Positions 63,677 to 64,000 of a DNA stretch of 64,000 nt are shown here, one piece after another. The notes beneath the pieces were generated by a model, which was not told the DNA's origin, did no database searches, and saw only the letters and a program-made list of their open reading frames with translations. Position numbers and translations under genes: made by a program. Each line of letters starts with the position of its first letter. The first letter of the stretch is position 1. Origin of the DNA: Thermodesulfobacteriota bacterium. GTDB lineage: Bacteria; Desulfobacterota; Desulfarculia; JACQYL01. The stretch lies in the NCBI GenBank assembly GCA_963675595.2, contig CAXXLZ010000001.1, positions 1,440,001 through 1,504,000 of the forward strand, written 5' to 3'.

Positions 63677-64000
63677 TCAGCGTCGCCATTCCAAAATGGA
63701 GCGCTTTCTCGGCTTCCCCGTTTTCCATCTTCTTGAAATCGACCGTAACCGTTCTATTTGCTTCTCTTCTTCATGCACTATAAGCTGTTCCAGTTCATGG
63801 TTATCCAGTTTTCCGTCACTTTTCCGTCCGACTATCTTCAGATAATCAGCCAAAGACTTCCCATCGTCCAAATACTTGCTCAAAGGATATACCGGAACCT
63901 CTCGATCGAACTCCAATAGCAACATATGATGCATCGAAGACCATAACGTTCGTATACATCTACGAGCCCAATAACGATCATCATCTGTATGGTTAGAAGA
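63677..64000 (-). CDS. 3' end of a hypothetical protein that starts beyond the window
   Basis: Frame is open from the window edge (SSNHTDDDRYWARR...) to TGA at 63677. Confidence 0.55.
   Translation of the reverse strand, partial: SSNHTDDDRYWARRCIRTLWSSMHHMLLLEFDREVPVYPLSKYLDDGKSLADYLKIVGRKSDGKLDNHELEQLIVHEEEKQIERLRSISRRWKTGKPRKRSILEWRR

Noticed and set aside
1-64000. CRISPR array or rRNA
   Set aside because: No regularly spaced 25-45 bp repeats and no rRNA-like sequence were seen on reading.

Overview
Accessory, IS-rich region of a moderately GC-rich bacterium. Gene content (many multi-PAS hybrid kinases, sigma-54 regulation, a selenoprotein with a GGUCU-loop SECIS) suggests a Desulfobacterota/deltaproteobacterium, which is inference only. 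From left to right: (1) 1-4.5 kb, small hypothetical genes of mobile-element character around a hairpin-dense ~0.8 kb non-coding stretch. (2) 4.5-53.3 kb, a signal-transduction cluster with 7 sensor kinases, 5 stand-alone response regulators including 2 HD-GYP and one NtrC-type, 3 MCPs, CheW and an orphan solute-binding protein; several of these are broken by IS insertions, a frameshift or a premature stop. The cluster also hides an exported tandem-rhodanese selenoprotein (in-frame TGA plus SECIS) that the ORF track splits in two. (3) 54.2 kb, the 3' half of a tRNA-Arg(TCG) flanked by IHF-like sites and integrase arm-type repeats, i.e. an att junction. (4) 54.4-60.4 kb, a two-gene candidate anti-phage system: a degenerate-SIR2/STAND-NTPase/helical-repeat protein plus an ATPase-TOPRIM protein that only appears once an IS3 insertion is removed. 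(5) An IS4-family element with a nested IS3, then a partial ORF. No rRNA, intact tRNA or CRISPR array was seen. All product calls come from motif recognition by eye; no database search was run.
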